Virus record (IMG/VR): IMGVR_UViG_3300027896_005002
Span: 186,001 to 250,000 of that record
DNA: 64,000 bases
Reading direction: 5' to 3' (one strand)
The notes below the pieces were generated by a model. It made no database searches, was not told the DNA's origin, and was given only the letters and a program-made list of their open reading frames with translations. Of this stretch, positions 1 to 10,007 are shown piece after piece (position 1 is the stretch's first letter; each line of letters starts with the position of its first letter). The position numbers and the translations under genes are program-made.

Positions 1-1
1 A

Positions 2-577
2 GAAATGAGGATGAATATCACCAATCCAACTTGCCAAAGTTTTAACATCAAAGGCTAAAACTGGTTCAATTGTTACAAACAATTTGAAGTTCATTGGCAT
101 TCTACTACTAACATGTCTCATAGACAACCATCGAGATTCAGGTATTGGTGCTTCACTAATGCCATCAATAATTCTATTTGTTTCAATCGTTGTGCCCAAA
201 ATACTATTTGGTGGAAATTTATCCAAATAGTTTAAATATCGTGATGGATTTTTTGTCTGAAACACATAAGTGTTTTCAGGCCATACGCAACAATGAGCAA
301 TTATTCTATTTATCCATGCTTCAGATACAGCATTTGCAAATAAATCATTCATATATTCAATGAAAATCGTTTTTGTGTCTTTAAATCCTCCATAACAGAC
401 TTCAAATTCATGCTCAAACAACGACAGAGGTCCACAATATTTTGACGGTCTTCCTGAAACTGGATGATCCACATAACAATACTTACATTTGTGTGGACAT
501 TCGCCGCCTAAATGTTCATGCATATGCGTGACCCAAGGATACATGTTCGAGCCAGTTTTATTTTTCTTTAAAGCCAT
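2..577 (-). CDS. DUF5131 / phage Gp37-Gp68-like radical-SAM-type protein (partial, runs off window; not in ORF track)
   Basis: Manual translation from ATG at 577 (AGGAGG upstream): MALKKNKTGSNMYPW...GECPHKCKYCY (CxxxCxxC)...FQTKNP...GTTIETN...FVTIEP, motifs typical of DUF5131. Confidence 0.7.
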   Translation of the reverse strand, partial: MALKKNKTGSNMYPWVTHMHEHLGGECPHKCKYCYVDHPVSGRPSKYCGPLSLFEHEFEVCYGGFKDTKTIFIEYMNDLFANAVSEAWINRIIAHCCVWPENTYVFQTKNPSRYLNYLDKFPPNSILGTTIETNRIIDGISEAPIPESRWLSMRHVSSRMPMNFKLFVTIEPVLAFDVKTLASWIGDIHPHF

Positions 578-595
578 AATTAACCTCCTAAAATT

Positions 596-694
596 AGAGC
601 TTTTGCAGTAGGCCCTTTTGTTACCGTAAAGTATATGCACTCGTAGTTTACTTGTCTTATAGACATAGATAACGGAACCTACTGCAGAAACTCT
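596..694 (-). ncRNA. Putative structured RNA element upstream of the DUF5131 gene
   Basis: 17-nt imperfect inverted repeat (agagcttttgcagtagg / cctactgcagaaactct) closing ~65 nt with internal hairpins (e.g. tgtct-tat-agaca). Confidence 0.4.
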
Positions 695-859
695 TTATAA
701 CTTTTTTAACGATCTAATTATTCCACAATGACAACTCATATATCTACTCATCGTAAGTATATAAAACCTGTCTATCTCGACATTCATTTTTTTTGATGAC
801 ATTAGCATCAACTTCTGATGTTTGTAGTTTGTTTGATTCTGATGAATTTGAATTCATGT

Positions 860-1543
860 TCAATCCTCTCTAATAAAGACATGTTGTTCGACATATTGTC
901 GATCTTTGGAAAAAATTGGTATATTAAAATCTTTTTCACCATTTATAACACACCAACCGCGTTTTCTATGAACCGGATAGTCATTAAAATTGATACCTTT
1001 TTGAGAAAATAACATTTCCTGAATTTGTTTACAATTCTTTTTGTGAAGTTGCTTATGTGAAAAATTCTCTTGGCCTGCACTTTGTATCGCATTTCGTGTC
1101 GCATCTTGTTGACGCCATAAAAAATAATTGCAAACTTCATCTTGCGGCATTGAAAATGCTCTGCTATCAAAGCATACATTTTCATGACATATTGATGAAA
1201 AAACTACACTTGCTCTTGCTGCAGATATTGAAACAATTTTATTAATTTCGTAACCAAACCATCCTTCTGTTGTAATTTTTCTATAGTCAGTCAATAAAAA
1301 ACTTATTTCATCACTTTGCGAATAAACGAATTCACATCCTTGAATTTCATGATAAAGTGCAATAGCCGTACTTACCATTGTATCAACAAATACTTCTGAC
1401 CATTTTCTTCCAAACATTCTTTGTGTAAATGTATGAAATGCTCGACCGTCGATGCGTATGATTACCGGTATACGTCGAGGCAATACAGCCGAAGACACTG
1501 CTTCATATTTCTTCATGCGACTAGCTATTGCACTATGATCCAT
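860..1543 (-). CDS. thg1: tRNA(His) guanylyltransferase Thg1 / Thg1-like protein
   Basis: RMKKYE, IRIDGRAFHTFT, YSQSDEISF, FDSR, YFLWRQQDATRN motifs. Confidence 0.93.
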   Translation of the reverse strand: MDHSAIASRMKKYEAVSSAVLPRRIPVIIRIDGRAFHTFTQRMFGRKWSEVFVDTMVSTAIALYHEIQGCEFVYSQSDEISFLLTDYRKITTEGWFGYEINKIVSISAARASVVFSSICHENVCFDSRAFSMPQDEVCNYFLWRQQDATRNAIQSAGQENFSHKQLHKKNCKQIQEMLFSQKGINFNDYPVHRKRGWCVINGEKDFNIPIFSKDRQYVEQHVFIRED

Positions 1544-1561
1544 GATTTTTCCCTTTGTTTA

Positions 1562-2119
1562 TTATTTACCAAATACAGCTTCAAGTTTCTTAAACATATC
1601 TTTTTCTTCTGTAGAAATTTTACCAATACCAAGAAGTCCTCCACTAGCACTAGCAATATGATGAGCTCGCTGCATTAATGATGCCTTAAATGCTCTTTTC
1701 TCATCTTTTGATAGTTGTTCGCATAATCCTTTAATATAAGCAGCCCAAGCTTCAAAGAGTTTTTCATCGGGTTTTCGAATTAACCACTGAGCAACTGTTC
1801 CATATTCAGGACTATCTTTTTTAAGAAAATTAAGAATTGCTTTTCGCTCTACTTCATCTACATCACCATCAGCCCATGCTACTTCAATTAACGGAATAAT
1901 TGATAATGAAGAAAGTGTTTCAGGACGAATATCAAGTTGTACAAGCTTTTTGAGAATTTCTTCATTTTTAATGCCTGAAACATTTGCAAGCTCTTCTTGT
2001 GACTTCTTAAGAGCTTGCAAAGTACGAAGATTCTGTATTAATTGTTGATCTTCTCTCAGAAAAAAACTATCAAGAAGATTACGTGATAAATCTGCAAAAT
2101 CAGATGTTTTGTTAATCAT
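1562..2119 (-). CDS. TerB-like (tellurite-resistance fold) protein
   Basis: PLIEVAWADGDVDEVER and IASASGG..GIGKISTEEK pseudo-repeat of TerB-like family. Confidence 0.65.
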   Translation of the reverse strand: MINKTSDFADLSRNLLDSFFLREDQQLIQNLRTLQALKKSQEELANVSGIKNEEILKKLVQLDIRPETLSSLSIIPLIEVAWADGDVDEVERKAILNFLKKDSPEYGTVAQWLIRKPDEKLFEAWAAYIKGLCEQLSKDEKRAFKASLMQRAHHIASASGGLLGIGKISTEEKDMFKKLEAVFGK

Positions 2120-2148
2120 ATTAACTCCTTTTTAACGTTTATTGAATT

Positions 2149-2733
2149 TCATATACGATTAAAAACTGCAAGTTGCACGTTCATTTCTAACCATCGACTT
2201 TCGTTGTAAGGAGAACAATACTTATTCACTGTTTCTTGAATCATAGGATATGTACATTCATTCCCCCAATCATGAACACTTATTACAGAACCTGAAGTCA
2301 ACAAAGGCACAAATGTATTGAACTCACGCGCCTTATTTGCTCCATCACAATACAAATATACAGGACCTACATTTGCCCATTTGATGATTTCTTCTTTTGT
2401 ATTAGAATCAAATTCATCCATCTTCTTATATTGCACTCTAAGTTTATGTAATAAAACTCCATCATTTAAAGTATCATTTAAATCAATTGAATAAATGGGT
2501 ATTTCCATTTTCAATGCCCATAAAGCCAATACTATTGTAATAGCACCATAACCTGTGCCTATTTCGATTATGGCTTTGATTTGTTGGTTATGCATTATCA
2601 CATCATCAATAATGAAATACAACCAATAATTGTGTTGCATCGGTCTACCTAAAAACGTAGTATGCCAAGGAATGGCTCGACCGCTACATTCATTCCAGGG
2701 TATCATTGTAATTGTTTCCTGTGGTTGAATCAA
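2149..2733 (-). CDS. Class I SAM-dependent methyltransferase (CmcI/Methyltransf_24-like); start uncertain
   Basis: IIEIGTGYGA motif I, YSID, LYCDGANK, VHDW. Confidence 0.7.
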   Translation of the reverse strand: MIQPQETITMIPWNECSGRAIPWHTTFLGRPMQHNYWLYFIIDDVIMHNQQIKAIIEIGTGYGAITIVLALWALKMEIPIYSIDLNDTLNDGVLLHKLRVQYKKMDEFDSNTKEEIIKWANVGPVYLYCDGANKAREFNTFVPLLTSGSVISVHDWGNECTYPMIQETVNKYCSPYNESRWLEMNVQLAVFNRI

Positions 2734-2961
2734 TGTAAATGAGTAACAACGACGACGACGACATAACTACAAGGACTTTTATTATCTAAGTTTTTAATAA
2801 AGATGAATAATTTTTATCATAAGACAGTCTTCTATCACATTTCTTTAATTGTAATCATAAAAATAATCATAGAAATTTGGTAAATTAACAATCAACTTAA
2901 TCATATTTTTATCATGACTGTAACATAAACGTAACATATTAAAAATCGAGGCGATGATGAA

Positions 2962-4059
2962 ATGAAAATTAAGACTCCATATTATTTAATAGATGAAAAA
3001 AAATTACTAAAAAACTTGCAAAGAATTAAACTAATTAGAGAAGCATCTACCGCCAAAGTCCTTCTTGCTACAAAATGTTTTTGCTGCCCTTCAGTTTTCA
3101 ATTTAATGAAGCAATATCTTGATGGCACAGTCTCCAGTTCAGTATATGAAACAAAACTAGGTTCTGAAGAATTTGGTAAAGAAACAGTAGCATATTGTGT
3201 CGGCTATTCAAAAGAAGATATTGATGAAATAAAAATGTATGCTGATAAAATAATTTTTAATTCAATATCACAATTAAAAATGTTTGGTGTTTACAGTAAA
3301 GATATGGAATCTGTAGGACTCCGAATAAATCCCAATATAAGTTATTCTCATTTCGATTTAGCCAATCCTTCAAGAAAAAATTCAAGACTTGGTGTTGGTA
3401 ATGTTGATGACATCATTGATGTCTTACATATGTTGGATGGTGTAATGTTTCACTTTAATTGTGAAAATGATGACTTTAATGCATTTTCTGTAATGATAGA
3501 TTATATTAGTACAAATTTTTCAGAAATATTAAAAGATCTAGAATGGGTAAGTCTAGGTGGAGGTATATATTTTAGTAAAGAGAATTATCCTGTTCAGAAA
3601 TTTTGTGAAAAAATAAAATCATTTAGTAAAAGATTTAATGTACAAGTTTATTTAGAACCAGGTGAATCTATAATTGATAGAGCTGGTGAATTAGTCACAA
3701 CAGTCGTTGATATTACTAATAATGACTGTGATCTTGCTATTGTTGATGCATCAATAGAAGCGCATATGTTAGATTTATTGACTTACAGACAATCTGCAAT
3801 ACTTAGTACAAATGGTAAATACAAATATACTGTATGTGGTCGGTCATGTCTTGCTGGTGATATTTTTGGTACGTACAAGTTTAAAGATAAATTGAATATA
3901 GGTGATGAAATTAGATTTGAAAATGCATTAGGATATTCTATAGTAAAGAAAAATTGGTTTAACGGATTACAAATGCCGTCAATAGTCGTAAAAAGATTAG
4001 ATGATTCACTTGAAATTATTAGAACATTTACATATAATGATTTTAGAAATAGTATTTAA
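2962..4059 (+). CDS. nspC: Carboxynorspermidine/carboxyspermidine decarboxylase
   Basis: TPYYLIDE, LATKCF (PLP Lys), GLRINP, SRLG, SLGGG, YLEPGE, SCLAGD, KKNWFNG. Confidence 0.93.
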   Translation: MKIKTPYYLIDEKKLLKNLQRIKLIREASTAKVLLATKCFCCPSVFNLMKQYLDGTVSSSVYETKLGSEEFGKETVAYCVGYSKEDIDEIKMYADKIIFNSISQLKMFGVYSKDMESVGLRINPNISYSHFDLANPSRKNSRLGVGNVDDIIDVLHMLDGVMFHFNCENDDFNAFSVMIDYISTNFSEILKDLEWVSLGGGIYFSKENYPVQKFCEKIKSFSKRFNVQVYLEPGESIIDRAGELVTTVVDITNNDCDLAIVDASIEAHMLDLLTYRQSAILSTNGKYKYTVCGRSCLAGDIFGTYKFKDKLNIGDEIRFENALGYSIVKKNWFNGLQMPSIVVKRLDDSLEIIRTFTYNDFRNSI

Positions 4060-4080
4060 ATAGAAGAAAGAAGGTGTAAT

Positions 4081-5328
4081 ATGAATACTTTAATCATTGG
4101 AGCGGGTGGAGTAGCAAAAATTACAGCACATAAATGTGCTCAAGTCAATGATATCTTAGGTGATATTTGTATTGCATCTAGACACCAAGATAAATGTGAT
4201 GAAATTATAGAAAGTGTTCATCGAAAAAACAATATTAAAAATAGAAAAAAGCGAATATTTTCAAAACAATTGAATGCCTTTAATGTAAGTGATACGATTA
4301 AACTTATTGAAAAAACTGATTCATCTATTGTACTTAATTTAGGCACAGCTTTTTTAAATATGTCAATACTTGAAGCTTGTATTAGAACAGGTGTAAGTTA
4401 TTTAGACACTGCAATCCATGAAGAACCTGATCGTGTAGCAACAATATGCGAGCCGCCTCCTTGGTATGCAAATTATGAATGGAAGAGAAAAGATCGTTGT
4501 GATGCGGCTAAGATTAATGCAATTTTGGGTATTGGTTTTGATCCTGGTGTTGTTAATGCTTATTGTGCATATGCACAAAATAAATTGTTTGATGAGATTG
4601 ATACCATTGATATTTTAGATGTTAATGCTGGAAGTCATGGTCGATATTTTGCTACAAATTTTGATCCTGAGATTAATTTTAGAGAATTTGTTGGTGATGC
4701 TTGGGAATGGGAAAATCGTGTATGGACAAAATATCCAATGCATGCTGTAAAGAAAATATATGATTTTCCTGTAGTAGGTAAGCAAACCATGTATTTGACC
4801 GGTCATGATGAAATCCATTCTTTACATAAAAACATAAAAGCAAACACAATTAGGTTCTGGATGAGTTTTAGTGATCACTATATAAAATGTTTTTCTGTTT
4901 TGAAAAATATTGGATTATTATCTGAAAAATCTGTAAAAACTGCTGAAGGTATTGAAGTCATTCCACTTAAGGTAGTAAAAGCTTGTTTACCTGATCCAAA
5001 ATCATTAGCAAAAGATTATACCGGCAAAACATGCATCGGTTGTTTAATTAATGGTACAAAAAATAATGAAAGAAAAGAATATTTTATATATAATATTTGT
5101 GATCACAAAGAATGTTTTAAAGAAACAGAATCACAAGGGATTAGTTATACCGCAGGTGTTCCTATTACAACTGCAGCTGTATTATTAGCTAAAAAAATCT
5201 GGAATCCAATGAAAATGGTAAATGTTGAGGAATTAGATCCGAATCCATTTATTAAGTTACTTGGAGAAATGGGTCTTGGAACAGAAACAATTGAAATAAC
5301 AAAAAATAATCAAATGTTATGTTTATAA
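4081..5328 (+). CDS. Carboxynorspermidine/carboxyspermidine dehydrogenase (saccharopine dehydrogenase family)
   Basis: IIGAGGVA Rossmann motif, YLDTA, GFDPGV, FATNFDPEINFRE, ISYTAGVP; adjacent to nspC. Confidence 0.92.
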   Translation: MNTLIIGAGGVAKITAHKCAQVNDILGDICIASRHQDKCDEIIESVHRKNNIKNRKKRIFSKQLNAFNVSDTIKLIEKTDSSIVLNLGTAFLNMSILEACIRTGVSYLDTAIHEEPDRVATICEPPPWYANYEWKRKDRCDAAKINAILGIGFDPGVVNAYCAYAQNKLFDEIDTIDILDVNAGSHGRYFATNFDPEINFREFVGDAWEWENRVWTKYPMHAVKKIYDFPVVGKQTMYLTGHDEIHSLHKNIKANTIRFWMSFSDHYIKCFSVLKNIGLLSEKSVKTAEGIEVIPLKVVKACLPDPKSLAKDYTGKTCIGCLINGTKNNERKEYFIYNICDHKECFKETESQGISYTAGVPITTAAVLLAKKIWNPMKMVNVEELDPNPFIKLLGEMGLGTETIEITKNNQMLCL

Positions 5329-5506
5329 AGAAAAATAACAACTTCAATTACAAAAGTAAAAAGTAAAATTAATACTAATAAAACAGAAATTAAAAAACTT
5401 TTAAATGTGTTGATTGTAGCTTTGTGTATGTTTACGTTTCTTTGATAGAAGAAAAGTGTAGATAAAATTGACAGTGATAATAAAATTACCGTAATAGTAA
5501 TTATTT

Positions 5507-5869
5507 TCATGTTGCCTCTTTATATTCAATAAATTTTGGCATATCATCTGGATGTAGCATTAGAGTTAGTCCGCAGTCATGACCACAGAAAAATGAATGT
5601 TTTATACAAGCTAATCCTGGTTGAAGTTGTGCTATTCGATTTTCATGTTGTTGAATCCATGGTGGAGTATGCGGCAATGAAAAAGTTTTTCCATCATTAC
5701 GGACAAATGTAAAATATGTCCGAGAACCACCGTCCCAAAATGATGTGACGTCAAATTGTTTTTCTTCAGTAATTACAAAAAATTTACGACCTTTATAATC
5801 TGAATAAATACTTTTCATTAATTTGACAATATTGGGATATTGTTTTGTTGTAATTTTCATAATAAACAA
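5507..5869 (-). CDS. Hypothetical phage protein
   Basis: 120-aa ORF with SFWDGGSR motif, within a run of short minus-strand ORFs (5310-6060). Confidence 0.55.
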   Translation of the reverse strand: MFIMKITTKQYPNIVKLMKSIYSDYKGRKFFVITEEKQFDVTSFWDGGSRTYFTFVRNDGKTFSLPHTPPWIQQHENRIAQLQPGLACIKHSFFCGHDCGLTLMLHPDDMPKFIEYKEAT

Positions 5870-6163
5870 TTAGGATTTTCAATACATCCTATACATTGAA
5901 TGCCTATATTAGGGCAATTATTTTTACCACAAATTGCAATGTTCACTTTAATAGTTTTTAATTTTCCTTTTTTATTATGAAATGGGCATACAGCCTTATC
6001 ATTTGTCAAAGTAAGATTACATTCTGGACAATGATATTCGATAATATTATTATCATGCATGTTAATTATAATCATCAAAAAAATCGTAGATCACTGTATT
6101 CTACATAATTGATAATTCAATTAATAGAAATTGGTTTAATCAACTTTTTAGAAAGGATTACAT

Positions 6164-7033
6164 ATGACAGATCAAGAACGTATAAGTCTACTTGAACAAA
6201 AAGTAGAAAAAATTGCTGCTGTTTTGGTAAGTCATGGTATTAATGTAAAAGGTATTAATAATGTAGTAGTTAATAAAAAATCAAAGAGAAGTTATGGTTT
6301 TAAGCCTGATTTACCAGACCAACGAGACTTTACTTTTGCTTCGCTCGGAAAAACAGTTACTTTGCCGGCACTTATTGATCTTAGACCACACGATTCTCCA
6401 ATCGAAGATCAAGGTGATTTAGGTAGTTGTACTGCACATGCGCTTGCAGGCGCTCTTCAATTTCTTGAATTAAAAGACAAATTGCCGTTGGTAAATATGA
6501 GTAGGTTGTTTATTTATTATAATGAAAGAGCTCTTGAAGGAACAATTAGATCTGATAGCGGCGCTGCTCTTCGTGATGGAATTAAGACATTGGCAAAACA
6601 AGGTTGTTGTGCTGAAAATGAATGGCCTTATATTATTCCTAGATTTGAGTTAAGACCATCAACAATTTGTTATAAAGATGGTGTAAAACATATTATTCAA
6701 AGTTATTATAGAGTTATTACTTTAAATGATATGAAAACATGTTTAGCTTCTGGTTATCCATTTATTTTTGGTTTTACAGTTTATGAAAGTTTTGAAAGTG
6801 ATCAAGTTGCAGCAACAGGTATTGTTCCTATGCCTGCACCCGGTGAACAAGTATTAGGTGGTCATGCAGTTTTAGCTGTAGGTTATGATGATGCTAATCA
6901 AAGATTCATTGTCAGAAATTCATGGGGTACATCATGGGGTAGTAAAGGATATTTTTACTTGCCTTATGCTTATGTAACAAATCGGAATTTAGCATCTGAT
7001 ATGTGGTATGTTAGTCGCGCAAAAGGTTTATAA
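6164..7033 (+). CDS. Papain-family (C1A, xylellain-like) cysteine protease
   Basis: DQGDLGSCTAHA (Gln/Cys), SRLFIYYNER, GGHAV (His), RNSWG (Asn). Confidence 0.92.
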   Translation: MTDQERISLLEQKVEKIAAVLVSHGINVKGINNVVVNKKSKRSYGFKPDLPDQRDFTFASLGKTVTLPALIDLRPHDSPIEDQGDLGSCTAHALAGALQFLELKDKLPLVNMSRLFIYYNERALEGTIRSDSGAALRDGIKTLAKQGCCAENEWPYIIPRFELRPSTICYKDGVKHIIQSYYRVITLNDMKTCLASGYPFIFGFTVYESFESDQVAATGIVPMPAPGEQVLGGHAVLAVGYDDANQRFIVRNSWGTSWGSKGYFYLPYAYVTNRNLASDMWYVSRAKGL

Positions 7034-7039
7034 AAAAGT

Positions 7040-7067
7040 AAGAGGGGTAACTATTTTTACCCCTCTT
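7040..7067. terminator. Intrinsic terminator between convergent genes
   Basis: 11-bp stem aagaggggtaa/ttacccctctt. Confidence 0.7.
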
Positions 7068-7559
7068 TCTATCTATTATACCAAACGATATGTGTTGCAT
7101 CTTTAGGTATTGTTGCACTTGCAGTAGATGGTTTTATCAATATTGATTCATCAGCCAAATTGTCTTTAACGGGATATCCAAAACCGTCATAATCTATAAA
7201 ACTATCACATTCACAATGTTCCAAAAACTCTTTAACAGTATAAACATCATCTTCATCTTCAGGACCATTACCATACATGTTTGTTTTACTAAACTTTACT
7301 GGTTCATTATACATTTTTTTGAACCTTACAATTTTGTTCCCATGTTAAGACCATGCCTATTAAAATAGCGAATAAGACAAAAGGATGAATCATATAAAGT
7401 ACACAGCAAATACAAATAATAAGTGCTATGGTTATTAAAAACATTGGAATTGTCCGCATATAATGACGCAATTTTCCTCCACACAGTTTGCATGCAAGTC
7501 TGCTATTTGAATGAGGATTTTCGCAAAGAAAACAATTCATAATTTACCGTCCTTTCTAA

Positions 7560-8294
7560 TTATTTTTCCCAACTTTCCCAACTTTGTTGTGCTTTGCCTG
7601 TCAGATTTTTATACAAATTACATTTTCCGCATTTCATAGATTTAATATTTGATACTAATTCTTGATCTGTCGAATCAACATCACCAATTTTATAACAACT
7701 ATTACATTCACCAACAACAATTGAACCATCAATATTAATTGACGGCACACACATTTTTGCCATTTTAAATCGTAAATACATTATCGCAGTTTTAAAATTG
7801 TCAAAATAATGAATAAGCGACCGCAAATTAAAACATAAAGGACTTTGTCTTGTACATAATATATTATTTGTTAATGCACGACCAAATGGTGATACAAGCA
7901 ATAAATTATTGACGTAATTTAAATTTTCATTATTAACAAATTTTATACGTTGAGGATAATATCTAGAATCATTAGTAATTTGAAAAGTAACATTTGATTT
8001 TAGTATTTCATCTGAATAGTCTTCATTATTCAAAAACATTCCATTTGAAGCTACTAACAATGTTATAATTTTTTTACTTTCAATATAAGTTTTAGCAATA
8101 CTAACAAAATCTAAAAATTGTGGATGTTCTGTAGGTTCTCCGCCTGATAAAAAGATCATTGTTGGATCAAATTTCATAACAAATTCTAAACATTTTATAT
8201 ATGTTTGAGCAGACATATGTTTACCATCAGGCGTAGAATTTATCATGCAATGAGAACAATTCATTCTACATGCATTAGTTATTCGTATTAGCAT
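7560..8294 (-). CDS. Radical SAM protein
   Basis: ITNACRMNCSHC (CxxxCxxC), LSGGEPTEHP, SNG, C-terminal Cys cluster (SPASM/twitch-like). Confidence 0.85.
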   Translation of the reverse strand: MLIRITNACRMNCSHCMINSTPDGKHMSAQTYIKCLEFVMKFDPTMIFLSGGEPTEHPQFLDFVSIAKTYIESKKIITLLVASNGMFLNNEDYSDEILKSNVTFQITNDSRYYPQRIKFVNNENLNYVNNLLLVSPFGRALTNNILCTRQSPLCFNLRSLIHYFDNFKTAIMYLRFKMAKMCVPSINIDGSIVVGECNSCYKIGDVDSTDQELVSNIKSMKCGKCNLYKNLTGKAQQSWESWEK

Positions 8295-8351
8295 ATATGT
8301 TTAATCAATTTGTAAAACGTAGAAACTGTGTGGTGATTAGGCGGCAATTAC

Positions 8352-9263
8352 TTAAAGTTCTACTTCCATACCTTCTTTAGCTAATATTATATTTAGATTT
8401 TCATATAGTCTATTATTCCACCAATTTTGAATAGTATCTAAAAAATCATCGGTATGTTTTGGATTATAATGAATACAATATAATTTCTTTACATTTGCTT
8501 GCATAGCGTTGTCTATAGCCATAGCATACGAACTATGACCAAATCCTTGCACAATCATTTTATCACTATTATATTCATCAGCTGTATACTGAGTATCATG
8601 AATCATAACATCACAATTTTTAGCAAAATTGATAACAGCTTTGTCACCACCAATTTTTGATTCATTGTCCCAAATACAAGCAACAGTCTTATCTGTTATT
8701 AAACTTTTTATTTTATAATATAAAGCACCTTGTTGTGGATGAGACGGTGCAAATGCTTGCATCACATCTACAGTAAATAAATTAGTTTGTAAAACTGATT
8801 TTCTAGTATAAGTATCTCCATCATTCATAATCTTACAGAGTCTTTCACTTTTGAGATGTTTGTATTCGATTGGAAATTGAGGTGGTAACATTGTTTTTGA
8901 TAAAATAATTTCTACATTTTCATTAAGAGATTCCATACCTAACATGTCAATTTTTGCTCCATGAAAATGATTAGGAGCAAAAAACGGAAAACCTTGCGTA
9001 TGGTCAGGATGTAAATGTGTAAAGAATATTGGAAAAAATAAAAGTTCTTTCTTTTCAAAAAAATTGGATATAATATCTTGTCCCAATTTTATTATACCTG
9101 TACCGGCATCAACAATAATTCTGTAAATCCTACCATCATATTCTTCTGAAAACGACACGCATGTAGTATTTCCACCATATCGTACAGTGTCGGGTCCTGG
9201 AACTGGATAACTGCCACGAGTACCATAAAATTTAATTTTCATTTTAATTTCCTTTTTTATCAA
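8352..9263 (-). CDS. Metallo-beta-lactamase-fold hydrolase (RNase Z / cyclic-nucleotide phosphodiesterase-like)
   Basis: GTRGSYP, YGGNTTC, DAGTG, THLHPDH, HDTQY, GHS, HYNP. Confidence 0.85.
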   Translation of the reverse strand: MIKKEIKMKIKFYGTRGSYPVPGPDTVRYGGNTTCVSFSEEYDGRIYRIIVDAGTGIIKLGQDIISNFFEKKELLFFPIFFTHLHPDHTQGFPFFAPNHFHGAKIDMLGMESLNENVEIILSKTMLPPQFPIEYKHLKSERLCKIMNDGDTYTRKSVLQTNLFTVDVMQAFAPSHPQQGALYYKIKSLITDKTVACIWDNESKIGGDKAVINFAKNCDVMIHDTQYTADEYNSDKMIVQGFGHSSYAMAIDNAMQANVKKLYCIHYNPKHTDDFLDTIQNWWNNRLYENLNIILAKEGMEVEL

Positions 9264-9467
9264 AGACTTCTACAAATTCATTTTTACAATTTTTTTTAAA
9301 AATATGTCCATTTACTCCTGCATAAATATTATCATTTATAACATTTATACTATACCAATTTCTATGAGCGAATAATAAAGTACCACAATATCGACATTGA
9401 GTAGTAGTACTAACTAATTCAAAAAAATTACATACTGGACACTTAACTCTTTGTTCATTTAACATAT

Positions 9468-10007
9468 TCATTTTTTTTCAATTGATAATTTTATGTCTGA
9501 AAATTCCAAATGCATTGATTGTGCTTTAAATTTTGTTAAAACAGTTCTTGCGGCTCCAATAAAGGCAATTAACAATTCTGGATTATCTTCAACTAATGAG
9601 AATTCTTTGAAACTTGGTAATGTTTCTGATTTGACTTTGTTAGATTTTGGCTGTTTAGACTCTGGACTTTTTGACACACTAGATTTTCTTTTATTATAAG
9701 GATATTTGATAGCATTGCATGTATCACATCGTATTTGTCTACCTTTACGTTCAAATGGATTTTGACAATCTACACAAATTGTTGTTTTTGAAGATTCTTC
9801 ATTTTTAGTCATTGATTCCTCCTTTTGAGAATCTATATTTTCAAGTGGTTGTAATGCAAAAGTACCTATTTTATGTGTGGGCATAATTAAACATGAATTA
9901 CAAGTAGTCTGTGATTCTATTACAGTTGAAAATGGTTGCCTGCATTTATCACAGATTTTTTCTCTTTGTATGTTGAGTTCTACTGGTTTTTTATAACTCC
10001 TCATCAT
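9468..10007 (-). CDS. Hypothetical protein with two CxxC...CxxC Zn-ribbon repeats
   Basis: CDKC..CNSC and CVDC..CDTC. Confidence 0.5.
   Translation of the reverse strand: MMRSYKKPVELNIQREKICDKCRQPFSTVIESQTTCNSCLIMPTHKIGTFALQPLENIDSQKEESMTKNEESSKTTICVDCQNPFERKGRQIRCDTCNAIKYPYNKRKSSVSKSPESKQPKSNKVKSETLPSFKEFSLVEDNPELLIAFIGAARTVLTKFKAQSMHLEFSDIKLSIEKK

Noticed and set aside
2749-2762. (GAC)n microsatellite upstream of the methyltransferase
   Set aside because: Only about four units; too short to argue phase variation
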